From NCBI GenBank assembly GCA_016839365.1, contig JAEOUH010000067.1, positions 1 through 53,935 on the forward strand: a stretch of DNA of 53,935 bases. Reading direction: 5' to 3'. Position numbers and translations under genes: made by a program. A model generated the notes under the pieces. The model was not told the DNA's origin and did no database searches. It saw only the letters and a program-made list of their open reading frames with translations. Positions 38,008 through 47,585 of this stretch are shown one piece after another. Origin of the DNA: Candidatus Hermodarchaeota archaeon. GTDB taxonomy: Archaea; Asgardarchaeota; Hermodarchaeia; Hermodarchaeales; Hermodarchaeaceae. Every line of letters starts with the position of its first letter. Position 1 is the first letter of the stretch.

Positions 38008-38397
38008 GTGTACAGCGAAAAAGTTGTAGAACATTTCACTAATCCCCGAAACATGGGAGAAATGGAAGATGCCGATGCAGTAGGAAAAGTTGGAAATCCA
38101 ACTTGTGGAGATCTCATCTGGATCTACATCAAAGTCAAAGATGACATCATAACCGATGTCAAATTCAAGACCTTTGGGTGTGCAGCAGCCATCGCCACAT
38201 CGAGTATGGTGACTGAACTTACGAAAGGGAAGACTCTCAAGGAGGCCTACCAGATTACTCGTAATGATGTCGCGGATAATCTCCAAGGTCTCCCTCCAAT
38301 CAAAATGCACTGTTCGAACCTAGCTGCAGATGGTCTACACAAAGCCATAGAAGATTATCTTAGGAAGACAGGACGAACAATCGAGGACCTCAAATAG
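38008..38397 (+). CDS. iscU: Fe-S scaffold IscU/NifU-N
   Basis: YSEKVVEHFTNPRN, CGD, FKTFGCAAAIA, LPPIKMHCSNLA. Confidence 0.93.
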   Translation: MYSEKVVEHFTNPRNMGEMEDADAVGKVGNPTCGDLIWIYIKVKDDIITDVKFKTFGCAAAIATSSMVTELTKGKTLKEAYQITRNDVADNLQGLPPIKMHCSNLAADGLHKAIEDYLRKTGRTIEDLK

Positions 38398-38408
38398 ATT
38401 CTGATCCT

Positions 38409-38789
38409 CTACTCAGCAGATTTGATGTGTTTCTTGATTTCTGCTTTGAAGGTGTCCGATGATACAGGCTTAATCAGGTAACCTTTTGCCCCCAAATCCA
38501 TGACCTCTTGCACGGTTTCGTGATCATCGATTGCTGTCAAAGCGACGATGGGGATATCAGGATACTCCTGTGAAACCTGCTGAATGAGGTCGGTACCACG
38601 AATTTTTGGTAATACTAGGTCCACAAAGAAGATGTCTGGTGGATTAGCCCTAAGCTTGGCGAGAGCCTCCTCTCCATCAAGTGCGGTTTCAATCTCATAG
38701 TCACGAAGGAGTAGCTGGGCCGAACGGAGAAAGTGTGGTGAATCATCTGCTAAGAGGATGTGGATTTTATCCGATTTCTTGGAAGCCAA
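38409..38789 (-). CDS. Stand-alone response regulator receiver (CheY-like)
   Basis: LLADD, phospho-Asp in VDLVLP, LTA, YLIKP; probable TTG start at 38789 overlapping the upstream gene. Confidence 0.88.
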   Translation of the reverse strand: MASKKSDKIHILLADDSPHFLRSAQLLLRDYEIETALDGEEALAKLRANPPDIFFVDLVLPKIRGTDLIQQVSQEYPDIPIVALTAIDDHETVQEVMDLGAKGYLIKPVSSDTFKAEIKKHIKSAE

Positions 38790-40233
38790 TTTGAGGGTTT
38801 CCCTCCACAAGGTGTGTGAAGATGCAGTATTGAGGAGTCGAGGGATTGATTCCGTGAAAGACTGTAACTCCTTCCTTAACTGCCAATTGAACATGAATGT
38901 CGGCTAGATCTGCCAGATATCGGTTGATATCCTTAGTGCTGCTATAACCAATGGTGACGGCTAAGTTACTTTCCGTAGCAGTATCATTGGCAATCCGTGT
39001 AGCCCAACGAGGTAATTCTGTTGGACCCAACCACGAATGTAACCAACCAAAGCCCACAATGCTTAGTAGATTTTTACAACCTTGATTTCGGAGTTCTTCT
39101 AACACCATACTCCACGCATTCTCAAGATCGGAGCCTTCACGGAATGCCACGGTCTTGTAATATGGTTCACCCAGTTCTCCGGTTGCACTGGAAACACCTA
39201 AGCTAGTCGCCGCACTAGCGAAGAATCGGAGGCGAGTGTTGAGTTGGTCAACAAATCCGTAGCGAAGTGAGGCTGCTTTAAGTCGACGAAAGCTCAGTTT
39301 GTTTGGTGGAACAATGACAACTCCGCTGTCTTGGCGCAGGAAGTTGGCCACCATACTGAAGACTAAACTGTGAATCGTTTCGTTGGCAACACCTTCAGCG
39401 ACATCAATGAAGAATGTGCTTCCTCGGCGGAAACCGCCAAACACAGTATCTAGTTCTGGGACTCCTGATGAAAAACGACCGCCAGTGTGGGCGATAACTT
39501 CGAAATCGGAAACACGGTTGGCTTGTTCTGCATCAAATGAATGTAAAATGGTAAATCGGCTACCCCTAAGAGAAAACCCGCGCATACCTTGATCTATTGG
39601 GGTCCCACGAAGCTTGATTAACTGAAAACTACGCCACATCCGCTCTGCAGTGAATTCCTTTGTGACACAGACAATACCATCAACGATATGATCTAGCGTC
39701 GATTCTTCAACTCCCTCTACAATGAGAATGATTTTCCCACAGAGGATCCGACCAAGATTCGTTAAAGCGCTGGTCAGGCGCTGAGGGTCAGCCTGTGCGG
39801 CTTCTATAATCGCATCGAACGAGTCTATGACACACACAGGATTGGCAAGGTTTTGTAGTCGATCATTAACGGCGCTAATAAACGTCAACTCGTCGGAGTA
39901 GACCATTCGATTAGTAAAAGGCTCACCGCACTCTAGGGTGGTTTCAGGAACTCCCATGAGTGATGGTGTCGCATCGATGATTTGATTTTCGGAAAGCATC
40001 TGAAATGCCCAAGGAAATTGGGTTTTCAGGCTTGAGCTTGCAACACGTGTTGAAAGGTACACAAAGTTTTCGACCTTAAATTTCTCTGGAAGCGCCTCGG
40101 CAAGATGGCCAAGTAAGGATAAGGCAAGTGTGGATTTCCCAGTACCTGATTTCCCCTTGATGAGAAGGGTTTGTCCCTGTTCTTGGTTCAGGAATTCAGT
40201 GATTTCCCTTGGGAGCGTCACGAGTTCAAGCAC
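38767..40233 (-). CDS. GvpD-like two-domain RecA/KaiC-superfamily ATPase
   Basis: LIKGKSGTGKS, YLSTRV, VIDSFDA, LIKLRG; second domain starts SSGVPELDTVFGG and lacks Walker A. Confidence 0.8.
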   Translation of the reverse strand: MLELVTLPREITEFLNQEQGQTLLIKGKSGTGKSTLALSLLGHLAEALPEKFKVENFVYLSTRVASSSLKTQFPWAFQMLSENQIIDATPSLMGVPETTLECGEPFTNRMVYSDELTFISAVNDRLQNLANPVCVIDSFDAIIEAAQADPQRLTSALTNLGRILCGKIILIVEGVEESTLDHIVDGIVCVTKEFTAERMWRSFQLIKLRGTPIDQGMRGFSLRGSRFTILHSFDAEQANRVSDFEVIAHTGGRFSSGVPELDTVFGGFRRGSTFFIDVAEGVANETIHSLVFSMVANFLRQDSGVVIVPPNKLSFRRLKAASLRYGFVDQLNTRLRFFASAATSLGVSSATGELGEPYYKTVAFREGSDLENAWSMVLEELRNQGCKNLLSIVGFGWLHSWLGPTELPRWATRIANDTATESNLAVTIGYSSTKDINRYLADLADIHVQLAVKEGVTVFHGINPSTPQYCIFTHLVEGNPQIGFQEIG

Positions 40234-40242
40234 CTTTTTCTG

Positions 40243-40782
40243 TTATTTTGTTGAAGCGAGAGTATGTTCTAAGAGATATTCAGAGATGGTTTGAAAGAGT
40301 TCTTTGACATTGGTTCCGTCCTTAGCCGAGGTTTCGAGGTAACCGAGCATATTCAAATTCTTTCCAACTTTCTCAGCTGTGGTAGGTTTTACCATCCGGT
40401 CTTCCATTAAATCTGCCTTGTTGCCAACAAGGAACAAGAGCACTTCAGGTGCACCCTGGCGTACATCTTTCACCCATTCTTTGACACAGTCAAGAGTATC
40501 TTTCCTTGTTAAATCAAACACCACGATTGCGAAGTCAGTGCCGAAAAGATATTGCACACGAACCCGACGGAAGGAGGTTTGACCGGCCAAATCCCAAACT
40601 TGCAGCGATACATCTGAGCCTCTAACGCTGGTCTGAAACGAGGAGATGGCAGCACCAAGAGTTGCTTTGTAGCCCTCATCAAAGGAATCAGTCATGTAGC
40701 GTTTAATCAGTGAAGTTTTCCCCACTGCATAATCACCAATTACTGAAACCTTGAACATGTATCGGCTACTTTTAGGGTTCAT
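40243..40782 (-). CDS. Rab/Ras-like small GTPase
   Basis: GDYAVGKT, WDLAGQ, GNKAD, ETSAK; no C-terminal Cys motif. Confidence 0.92.
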   Translation of the reverse strand: MNPKSSRYMFKVSVIGDYAVGKTSLIKRYMTDSFDEGYKATLGAAISSFQTSVRGSDVSLQVWDLAGQTSFRRVRVQYLFGTDFAIVVFDLTRKDTLDCVKEWVKDVRQGAPEVLLFLVGNKADLMEDRMVKPTTAEKVGKNLNMLGYLETSAKDGTNVKELFQTISEYLLEHTLASTK

Positions 40783-40881
40783 TTTCTATCACCAAACCCA
40801 GTTGATTGTTACCCTCGTGCAGTTCCTTTCTTTTTGTTGAGATTTAAGCTAGTTGGTTGAATGTAGTTGCTCTTGGCTGGT

Positions 40882-41622
40882 TTATTGTATGGGTGGAAGG
40901 TCAGAGACTTGCATACCTTTTTCTCCAATTATGAGAAGAAGGGGGTTCATTTGATGGCTGGTTCCTCGCATTTTGCCGATTTCTATAGTTCGAATGCGGA
41001 CAGTTCCCTGGCTCATAAGCTTCATCATGATGACTCCATCCATTAGAAAGCCTTCGACATCAAACCTACCGATACTATCCCCGGTAGGGCTTTCTACTGC
41101 TACCAGGCAGGTGGCTTGGCTCATGCGAAGGGAACGTACCATATTCAGTAAGTCGTGACGAATCCGGAAGAGATCTTTATGTTGTAGCGTTAAGGTCGAA
41201 ATAGAGTCAATAGCAACACGTTTAGCCTTCACGCGACGAATTTCACGGTGAATCAAGGAGAGAAGGGATTCCATGGTAAATTCTTCTCTACCAAGAACTG
41301 GATGTTCCGGTTTGAGAACCACTCGTTCATTTTGAATCATTGGCGAGGCATCGACCAATGCGATTAACCCCTTATCCATGAGTTCTTGCAAATCCCAGCC
41401 AAATTGTTTCATGTTCCTGATGGTAGAGGTGAGGGTTTCTTCCATTGATACGAGAACACCAGGTTCTTTGAATTGCGAGGCGCCGTTGGCAAGGAACTGG
41501 TTCATTAAAATGGATTTGCCGGTTCCAGGACCGCCACTAATAAGAATCACTGAACCTTTGGGAAATCCACCATGCAAAGCTTCATCTAACCCTGGTACAC
41601 CTGATTTTGTCTTTTCAGCCAC
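40882..41622 (-). CDS. KaiC/RAD55-like ATPase (single domain, motifs intact)
   Basis: SGVPGLD..LHGG, GGPGTGKS, SMEE, RVAIDSIS, KMRGTSH; probable GTG start at 41622. Confidence 0.9.
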   Translation of the reverse strand: MAEKTKSGVPGLDEALHGGFPKGSVILISGGPGTGKSILMNQFLANGASQFKEPGVLVSMEETLTSTIRNMKQFGWDLQELMDKGLIALVDASPMIQNERVVLKPEHPVLGREEFTMESLLSLIHREIRRVKAKRVAIDSISTLTLQHKDLFRIRHDLLNMVRSLRMSQATCLVAVESPTGDSIGRFDVEGFLMDGVIMMKLMSQGTVRIRTIEIGKMRGTSHQMNPLLLIIGEKGMQVSDLPPIQ

Positions 41623-41817
41623 ACTAATCCCCCGATTAGTTAGTCTCCTACTATTCAAGTACCAAGATGGTGGCTTAAGAGGTTTCCGTCTCTCCTCAAT
41701 ATAACCATGAACAACTACAGACTTCCCAAAACCTTTATTCCTACTCAGGAGAGCTAGACTATGAACTTGGCTACAGAGCCAATCTGAGGTGCGAATAAGA
41801 GAACCGAGGGGGCTATC

Positions 41818-42525
41818 GTGATCCTCGACCCAATCCTACAGGGTGGGCTCCCACAGGGAACAAGTATTGCCCTAGTCGGGCAACCAGGGTCGGGAAAAAC
41901 CTGCTTCAGTCTCCAATTTGCGTTGGATACAGCAAAAAAAGGGCTTGATGTCCTCTACCTTTCAACGGAAAATACGCCATCCTCACTTATCCAGCAAGCC
42001 CGTAGTTTTGGTCTTCCTTTTCCTGACCAGCCTGGTAAACTTCCCATTCATTTTGTCGATGCATATAGTTGGAGAATTGGAATGCAAAACGATCCCTTTG
42101 CATTTAATCGTATCAACAATCCAGGAAATCTAAATGAAGTCAATTTGATAATGACGGACCAAGCCAAGATTTTAGATCCAGGTTCTGTTGTCATTATTGA
42201 TTCGGTGTCAGGACTCAGCCTGTCTGCCCCAGATGAGCAACGCATCCGAACCTTTGTTCACAGCATCGCACAACGCATCATTAACCTCAAAAAAATACTT
42301 ATCCTCGTCTTAGAAGACCAAGCCCACGATCCGGAGCTAATTACCAATCTTCGGTCCTTAGTCCAAGGCTCGATTTATACAAAAGTGGTGGATGGCCCCA
42401 AAGGGTCCCTAAGTTGGTTACTCCGCATGTACAGCCTAATTGGAGTACAACATGAGACTAAATGGCACCAAGTGAAAATTGGGAAAAATGGGCTTTTCCT
42501 GCAAGGAGGGACTAGCTATGAGTGA
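41818..42525 (+). CDS. RAD55/KaiC-like ATPase (divergent)
   Basis: LQGGLP, GQPGSGKT, YLSTE, FVDAYS, IIDSVS; no KxR finger. Confidence 0.85.
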   Translation: MILDPILQGGLPQGTSIALVGQPGSGKTCFSLQFALDTAKKGLDVLYLSTENTPSSLIQQARSFGLPFPDQPGKLPIHFVDAYSWRIGMQNDPFAFNRINNPGNLNEVNLIMTDQAKILDPGSVVIIDSVSGLSLSAPDEQRIRTFVHSIAQRIINLKKILILVLEDQAHDPELITNLRSLVQGSIYTKVVDGPKGSLSWLLRMYSLIGVQHETKWHQVKIGKNGLFLQGGTSYE

Positions 42526-43201
42526 CCTTATTAGTCCAGATTTTGTTCCCAAGAGCGCTTTTCAGCTCCCACGCGGGTCACAGCTGCTCTTCATTGGCCC
42601 TCCTGGTGTGGTGAAAACTACTTTAGCTCTGCGTTATTTGGCTGATCGGATTAAAGCCAACGAACCCGCAGTTTTTGCTACCACCCTCTGGTCGCCTGGT
42701 CAAATTCGTCAGACTTTGAGTCGAATCAGTGAGAAAAACGTGGCCTCACAGCTTCAAATTGCCGACGGGGTTTCTTGTGTTACTGCCCAACATTCCTCTG
42801 AACCCTATTCATTTCAAAACCTCTATGACCTCAACACAATTAGCTTGCTTCTTCTTCAAGCCATTGCGGACCTTAAGAATGGTCACCTCTGCCTAGATAA
42901 TTTAACAACACTGATGACCTATTCGGCACCTCATTCAGTCATTAAATTTCTTCAAGTCCTCTGTGCTCGGGTCAAGGATCGTGGAGTAACGGGAATTTAT
43001 CTCATTGAGGAAGGTGTACATGCAAAAAATGTTGTAACGACATTGCGATTCTCTGTGGATGGGGTGGTAGAAATCTTTGATGAAGAAGAGAAAGACCAGC
43101 TAAAACACAAAATTCGGTTACTTCATCTACGAGGTGCTCAGGTCGACACTCGCTGGCTAATCTTTGATGAAACCAAGCCATTACAATGGGCTGAAGAATA
43201 A
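42518..43201 (+). CDS. RAD55/KaiC-like ATPase with degenerate motifs
   Basis: GPPGVVKT, TTLW (no catalytic Glu), CLDNLT, VDGVVE, HLRG; ATG 42518 after GGAGG. Confidence 0.8.
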   Translation: MSDLISPDFVPKSAFQLPRGSQLLFIGPPGVVKTTLALRYLADRIKANEPAVFATTLWSPGQIRQTLSRISEKNVASQLQIADGVSCVTAQHSSEPYSFQNLYDLNTISLLLLQAIADLKNGHLCLDNLTTLMTYSAPHSVIKFLQVLCARVKDRGVTGIYLIEEGVHAKNVVTTLRFSVDGVVEIFDEEEKDQLKHKIRLLHLRGAQVDTRWLIFDETKPLQWAEE

Positions 43202-43262
43202 ACCAATGGTCTATTCTATATTGGGCTAGAACGAAATGAAGTGAAACCATAATTTGCCCACA

Positions 43263-43880
43263 TTAGGATTGAACCAGGTTTTCGGTATTACTTGTAAGCT
43301 TTTCAGTGGTTGATGATTTGACAACGTCGCCGTTCTTAGGTTTTGGCGGAAAGAGGTAGTAAATCATGTCTTCGAAGGTTTCAATGAAGCCTGGCACTAG
43401 GAAAATCGCCACAATACAAAGGACAAAAACTCCCACGACACCTAAAATGAAGCTCATAGGATAGTGAGCAAGTTCCCAAGGGAGAATACCCATGTAGACA
43501 AGCCAAATTTCGAAAACTACTCTTAAGACATTGGCTACAAACAGAAGAATAGTGACAACGGCAACGGCAAGCCCTTTCCGGGACCAGGTTCCACGCGGCA
43601 GTGGAAGAATTAGACCCATGAAGACTGCAATTACTTGAATGCCTGTACATTCACGAACAATTTGGTAATACTGGAATCCTATCACATAGACATAGACTAC
43701 TCCAAAAATCCAATCGACCAGAGCCACAGATGGAATTCCTATCCAGCTAAGTAATACAGCGGAGACAACCGCAGTTGGAATAGCAAGAAAGAAGGGTTGG
43801 GGCAGGAAATAAACTAAAAGGGTTATAGTGATAGCAATAATCAAGTACAGGATTAATGCCCTAGGAGTCGGTCGTTCCAT
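43263..43880 (-). CDS. Archaeosortase/exosortase family protein
   Basis: IVRECTGI (Cys), ANVLRV (Arg), LAHY (His) in a multi-TM protein; start set at MERPTP because the upstream 75 codons look like antisense to a TM gene. Confidence 0.8.
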   Translation of the reverse strand: MERPTPRALILYLIIAITITLLVYFLPQPFFLAIPTAVVSAVLLSWIGIPSVALVDWIFGVVYVYVIGFQYYQIVRECTGIQVIAVFMGLILPLPRGTWSRKGLAVAVVTILLFVANVLRVVFEIWLVYMGILPWELAHYPMSFILGVVGVFVLCIVAIFLVPGFIETFEDMIYYLFPPKPKNGDVVKSSTTEKLTSNTENLVQS

Positions 43881-44091
43881 GTCTTCTAATGAAGCCTCAG
43901 CACCCTTTTCTGGCTCATCTCGATTAGCTATCGGTTTTTCCGTTGTGATTGGGTTCACCGTCCTTGTTGCAGGAGGCGTAGCCTTCCTATTGAACTTGCA
44001 GTTTCTTGGCGAGATTTTAGTGCTTGCCGGGGTGTTTCTGTTTGCTTTTACCTTGATTTGCTGGTTAGCAGCACGCCGGCGCCGGAAATAG
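43879..44091 (+). CDS. Small 2-TM protein ending in ARRRRK
   Basis: Two clean TM helices and a polybasic tail; ATG overlaps the archaeosortase start codon. Confidence 0.5.
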   Translation: MSSNEASAPFSGSSRLAIGFSVVIGFTVLVAGGVAFLLNLQFLGEILVLAGVFLFAFTLICWLAARRRRK

Positions 44092-44172
44092 TAAGCGTGT
44101 AACACACCAGTTCCTTATTACACTTCGTTTTACACCATCATAATCACTTATTCTGTATTGTAAAACCTGTGA

Positions 44173-47100
44173 TCACGTCCACATTGGTAAGAGAAAAATG
44201 AATTTTGCACCTTGATCATGGGTATCTTTGACTCGGTCTTCGACCCAGATTCGACCTCCATATCGATCGATAATGCGCTGAACAAGTGTCAAACCAATAC
44301 CAGATCCCTGAGTCTTCGCACCCACCTTTTGGGTGTAGCGGGCAAAAATCCGTTCTTTCAGGTCATCAGGGATTCCTGGGCCATGATCACTGACCTCTAT
44401 CCTGAGGAAACGTTTATTGATGTCTGGATGGATTTTCACTTCAAGGTCGACTTTTTCGCTACGATCAAATTTCACGGCGTTATGTAGTAGATTATAAAAT
44501 AGATCCATAAGGAAGTCATCTGCTAAGACCTTGAATTCTTCGGGATGAATGTTGGTATCAACGAGGATGGTCTTTTTGGGAAAAGCTTGTTTAATTGCTT
44601 CCAAGGCTGAACGAAAGTCAGGTTCAATGTCGCGAACCTCCATAAGGATTTGAACCTCATCCATCCCTGAGAACTTCTTGACGCGTCCAATTAAAGCGGC
44701 ACTTCGCTCAACTTGCTCTAAGGACAATTGAAGTTGTGTGCGTAGCTTTTCAGGGAGTTCTGGGTTCATCAGCTGTAACTCTATTCCAGAGAGGATGGCT
44801 TGGTTGATATTGTTGAGGTCGTGAGCCATCAGGTCTGTGAAGAACTCTGATCGCGCTTTAGCCTCCCTCAGGGCTTGTTCGGCTTGTTTTCGTTCGGTGA
44901 TGTTACGAGCAACAATGATGTATCCTGATGGATTACCCTCGGCTCCAATGAGGAGTGATGCACTAATTTCCGCTGGAAAAGTCGAACCATCTTTTTGAAT
45001 AAGGGTGAAGAGAAGGGGAACCGACGGTCCATGCTCTCTGGTGTTTTTCAAAGTTTCAATGGCTCGATTTCGCTCATCGGGTACGATGAAATCAAAGCAA
45101 TTTTTGCCCCATAATTCAGCAGGTCTATTAAAACCTAACAATTGAACGGCACGTTCATTGACTAAGACAATCACTCCATCTGGATCCGTAAGCGTGATGG
45201 CATCAGGAGATGTTTCAACTAGTGATCGATACCGTGATTCAGATTCTCGCAGGGTTTGGTCAGCCCGCATACGTTCCGTGATGTCACGGCATACTCCTCG
45301 ATAACCGATTAGGTTTCTCTGCTTATCAAAGACTGGTCGACCACTGCCTTCCAGAATCACAATGTTGCCATCTCGGTGAACGAAGCGATCCACAAGATTC
45401 TTGAACGGTTTCTGCTTTTCAACCGTTTCAGTGAATATAACCTCACCATTTTCTAAACTCGTTGAATCCATATAATCGAAAAAGGATCTGCCAATGATTT
45501 GTCCAGCGGTATAGCCGAGCATGTCTTCAACCGCACTGTTTGAATAGACGAGTCTTCCTTCACGATCTATTTCCCATACCCAATCGGTAGTGTCCTCTAC
45601 GAGGGAGCGGAATTTTTCCTCTGAGGCGCGGAGACCCTCTTCAGCAATTTTTCGTTCAGTAATATCTTCTCCAGAACTTAGAATACCTGTGATATTTCCT
45701 TCCTCATCTTCTAGTAGAGTAGTATGCCAAAGAATCATCCGCTCGGTGCCTTGTTTAGTCTTGATAGGATTTTCAACATATTCGCTTAGCTGAAATGTTC
45801 CCGCCATAGCCCGATCAAACCGATCTTTCATTTCCTCACGAAGTTTTTCAGGGATACACAAATCGAAGTAGTTCTGCTCTATCATTTCATCTTCTGAGTA
45901 CCCGAATATCTCGAGGGTCTTTTGATTAACTAGAGTGATATTCCCTCTAGTATCAATTGTAATGAACATAACCCCTGCCATGTCCAGATACCGTTGAGCC
46001 CAATCCCTTTCTAACCGGATGGCTTCTTCGATCATTTTTCGCTCATCAATATCCATGATCGTTACTTGCGTAGCAAGTTTACCTTGGTATTCAATAATAG
46101 ATAATGAAAGTTCAAACCAACGTTCGGTACCATCCTTTTGAATTCCTCGCAACTCCATGCTGGATGAAACCGGTTCGCCATGAATGATTTTCTGCAAATG
46201 TTCCAATGGAACATTCCTATCATCTGAATGAATGATATCAAATATCTGCCACGGACCAAAAGCTAAGATTTCCTCTTCATTGTAACCACTAATTCGAAGA
46301 AACGCTGCGTTGGCGAATATGACCTTTCCATTTTGGATGATAAGTAAACCTTGAATTGATTGATCAACAAGTTTGTGATATGCTTCTTCGACCTTTGTTC
46401 GCTCTGTGATGTCACGAGTGACCTCAACACAACCTACTAAATTATCACTCTCATCATAAAGCGGATATCCACGCACATGCCATACGCGACCGTCAGGTGT
46501 ACGCATCTCATGTTCTTGAAAAGAACCAGTTTCACTAGCCAGAACAATAGGGCAGTCAAAGCATGGTGTATCCCGCTGATTCCACACTTCGTAGCAGTGT
46601 TTACCAATGATTTTCTCTACCGTGCTATTCACCGATTCAGCAGCAGCACGGTTAGCCCAAATGATGCGGTTCTCCAGATCTTGAAATATAACGTGTTCTG
46701 AAATACTGTCCAGAATCACAGATTTTTCCTCTTCTGATTTTTTCAATGCATTTTGGCTTTGCTTGAGTTCATCTTGCTTTTGACGTAGCTCAGTAATATC
46801 TTGCTGAATCGAAATGGAATAGGCCAAGGAGTCATCAGGCTTACGAATAGCGTTCGCACTTAAGAGAACGATGCGCTGCTCACCAGTTTTGGTTTGGATA
46901 ATGAGTTCTTCATCAGTAATTGTACCCTCTTTCTTCCATGAAATAAACAGATCTTTGACCTTCTCCTCGCATTCTGGCGCGTAGATAGTCCGAATGTGTT
47001 TACCTATTAACTCTGTTCGTGTGTAACCTAACACCTTGAGAGCAGCTTTGTTGATGTCCAAGATGATTCCCTGAGGTGAAACCATATAACAGTAGAGGGG

Positions 47101-47178
47101 GGCATTTTCAAAAAAGAGTCGAAACCGTGGTTCGTCGTCACCGTTGATGATATTGTAGTCTCGCTCATGTGAAGACAT
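44173..47178 (-). CDS. Cytoplasmic sensor histidine kinase with six PAS/PAC domains
   Basis: Six repeats ending DITE/DIDE/NITE; H-box MAHDLNN, N-box NLLHNAVKF, DHGPGI, GSGIGL; no TM segments. Confidence 0.93.
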   Translation of the reverse strand: MSSHERDYNIINGDDEPRFRLFFENAPLYCYMVSPQGIILDINKAALKVLGYTRTELIGKHIRTIYAPECEEKVKDLFISWKKEGTITDEELIIQTKTGEQRIVLLSANAIRKPDDSLAYSISIQQDITELRQKQDELKQSQNALKKSEEEKSVILDSISEHVIFQDLENRIIWANRAAAESVNSTVEKIIGKHCYEVWNQRDTPCFDCPIVLASETGSFQEHEMRTPDGRVWHVRGYPLYDESDNLVGCVEVTRDITERTKVEEAYHKLVDQSIQGLLIIQNGKVIFANAAFLRISGYNEEEILAFGPWQIFDIIHSDDRNVPLEHLQKIIHGEPVSSSMELRGIQKDGTERWFELSLSIIEYQGKLATQVTIMDIDERKMIEEAIRLERDWAQRYLDMAGVMFITIDTRGNITLVNQKTLEIFGYSEDEMIEQNYFDLCIPEKLREEMKDRFDRAMAGTFQLSEYVENPIKTKQGTERMILWHTTLLEDEEGNITGILSSGEDITERKIAEEGLRASEEKFRSLVEDTTDWVWEIDREGRLVYSNSAVEDMLGYTAGQIIGRSFFDYMDSTSLENGEVIFTETVEKQKPFKNLVDRFVHRDGNIVILEGSGRPVFDKQRNLIGYRGVCRDITERMRADQTLRESESRYRSLVETSPDAITLTDPDGVIVLVNERAVQLLGFNRPAELWGKNCFDFIVPDERNRAIETLKNTREHGPSVPLLFTLIQKDGSTFPAEISASLLIGAEGNPSGYIIVARNITERKQAEQALREAKARSEFFTDLMAHDLNNINQAILSGIELQLMNPELPEKLRTQLQLSLEQVERSAALIGRVKKFSGMDEVQILMEVRDIEPDFRSALEAIKQAFPKKTILVDTNIHPEEFKVLADDFLMDLFYNLLHNAVKFDRSEKVDLEVKIHPDINKRFLRIEVSDHGPGIPDDLKERIFARYTQKVGAKTQGSGIGLTLVQRIIDRYGGRIWVEDRVKDTHDQGAKFIFLLPMWT

Positions 47179-47381
47179 ATTAGTGCACGCAGATGTCTTT
47201 CTTTGGTCCCCTGAGTCAAGTGACTAAAGAACTCTCTGACAAAAGACAGTACATATCTGTTTCGGGTTTCGGAGAAAAAAACATTGAAAGCTGCGTGAAT
47301 CACACCTAAATCTCCCAAAGTTTTAAATATTGTACGATAAAGCACGCAAAAGTTAGCATCTAATTATTGCCATCCTCGCGA

Positions 47382-47585
47382 CTAATCACCATCCTTGGTG
47401 TCTCTCTCCTTTTTCTTCCACCATCTGTTTCGATAATTGAAGTATCCCCATCCAACTGCCGTGGATATCATCGCAATGGAGACGGCATACCAGTAGAACT
47501 GAAAGCTCCATAACAAGACTGCTACACACATTGTGGTGACATACAACACAATGGCAACGAAATCTTTCTTTAACATCTTTTTCAC
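47382..47585 (-). CDS. Small 2-TM membrane protein
   Basis: Two hydrophobic segments with basic ends. Confidence 0.5.
   Translation of the reverse strand: MKKMLKKDFVAIVLYVTTMCVAVLLWSFQFYWYAVSIAMISTAVGWGYFNYRNRWWKKKERDTKDGD

Noticed and set aside
38767-43201. Circadian clock or gas vesicle locus
   Set aside because: No KaiA/KaiB, no canonical double-domain KaiC and no GvpA/structural gvp genes; only the ATPase fold is shared.
43881-44105. N-terminal 75 aa of the 280-aa archaeosortase ORF
   Set aside because: K/N/T/P-rich composition typical of the antisense of a TM-coding sequence; probably not translated.
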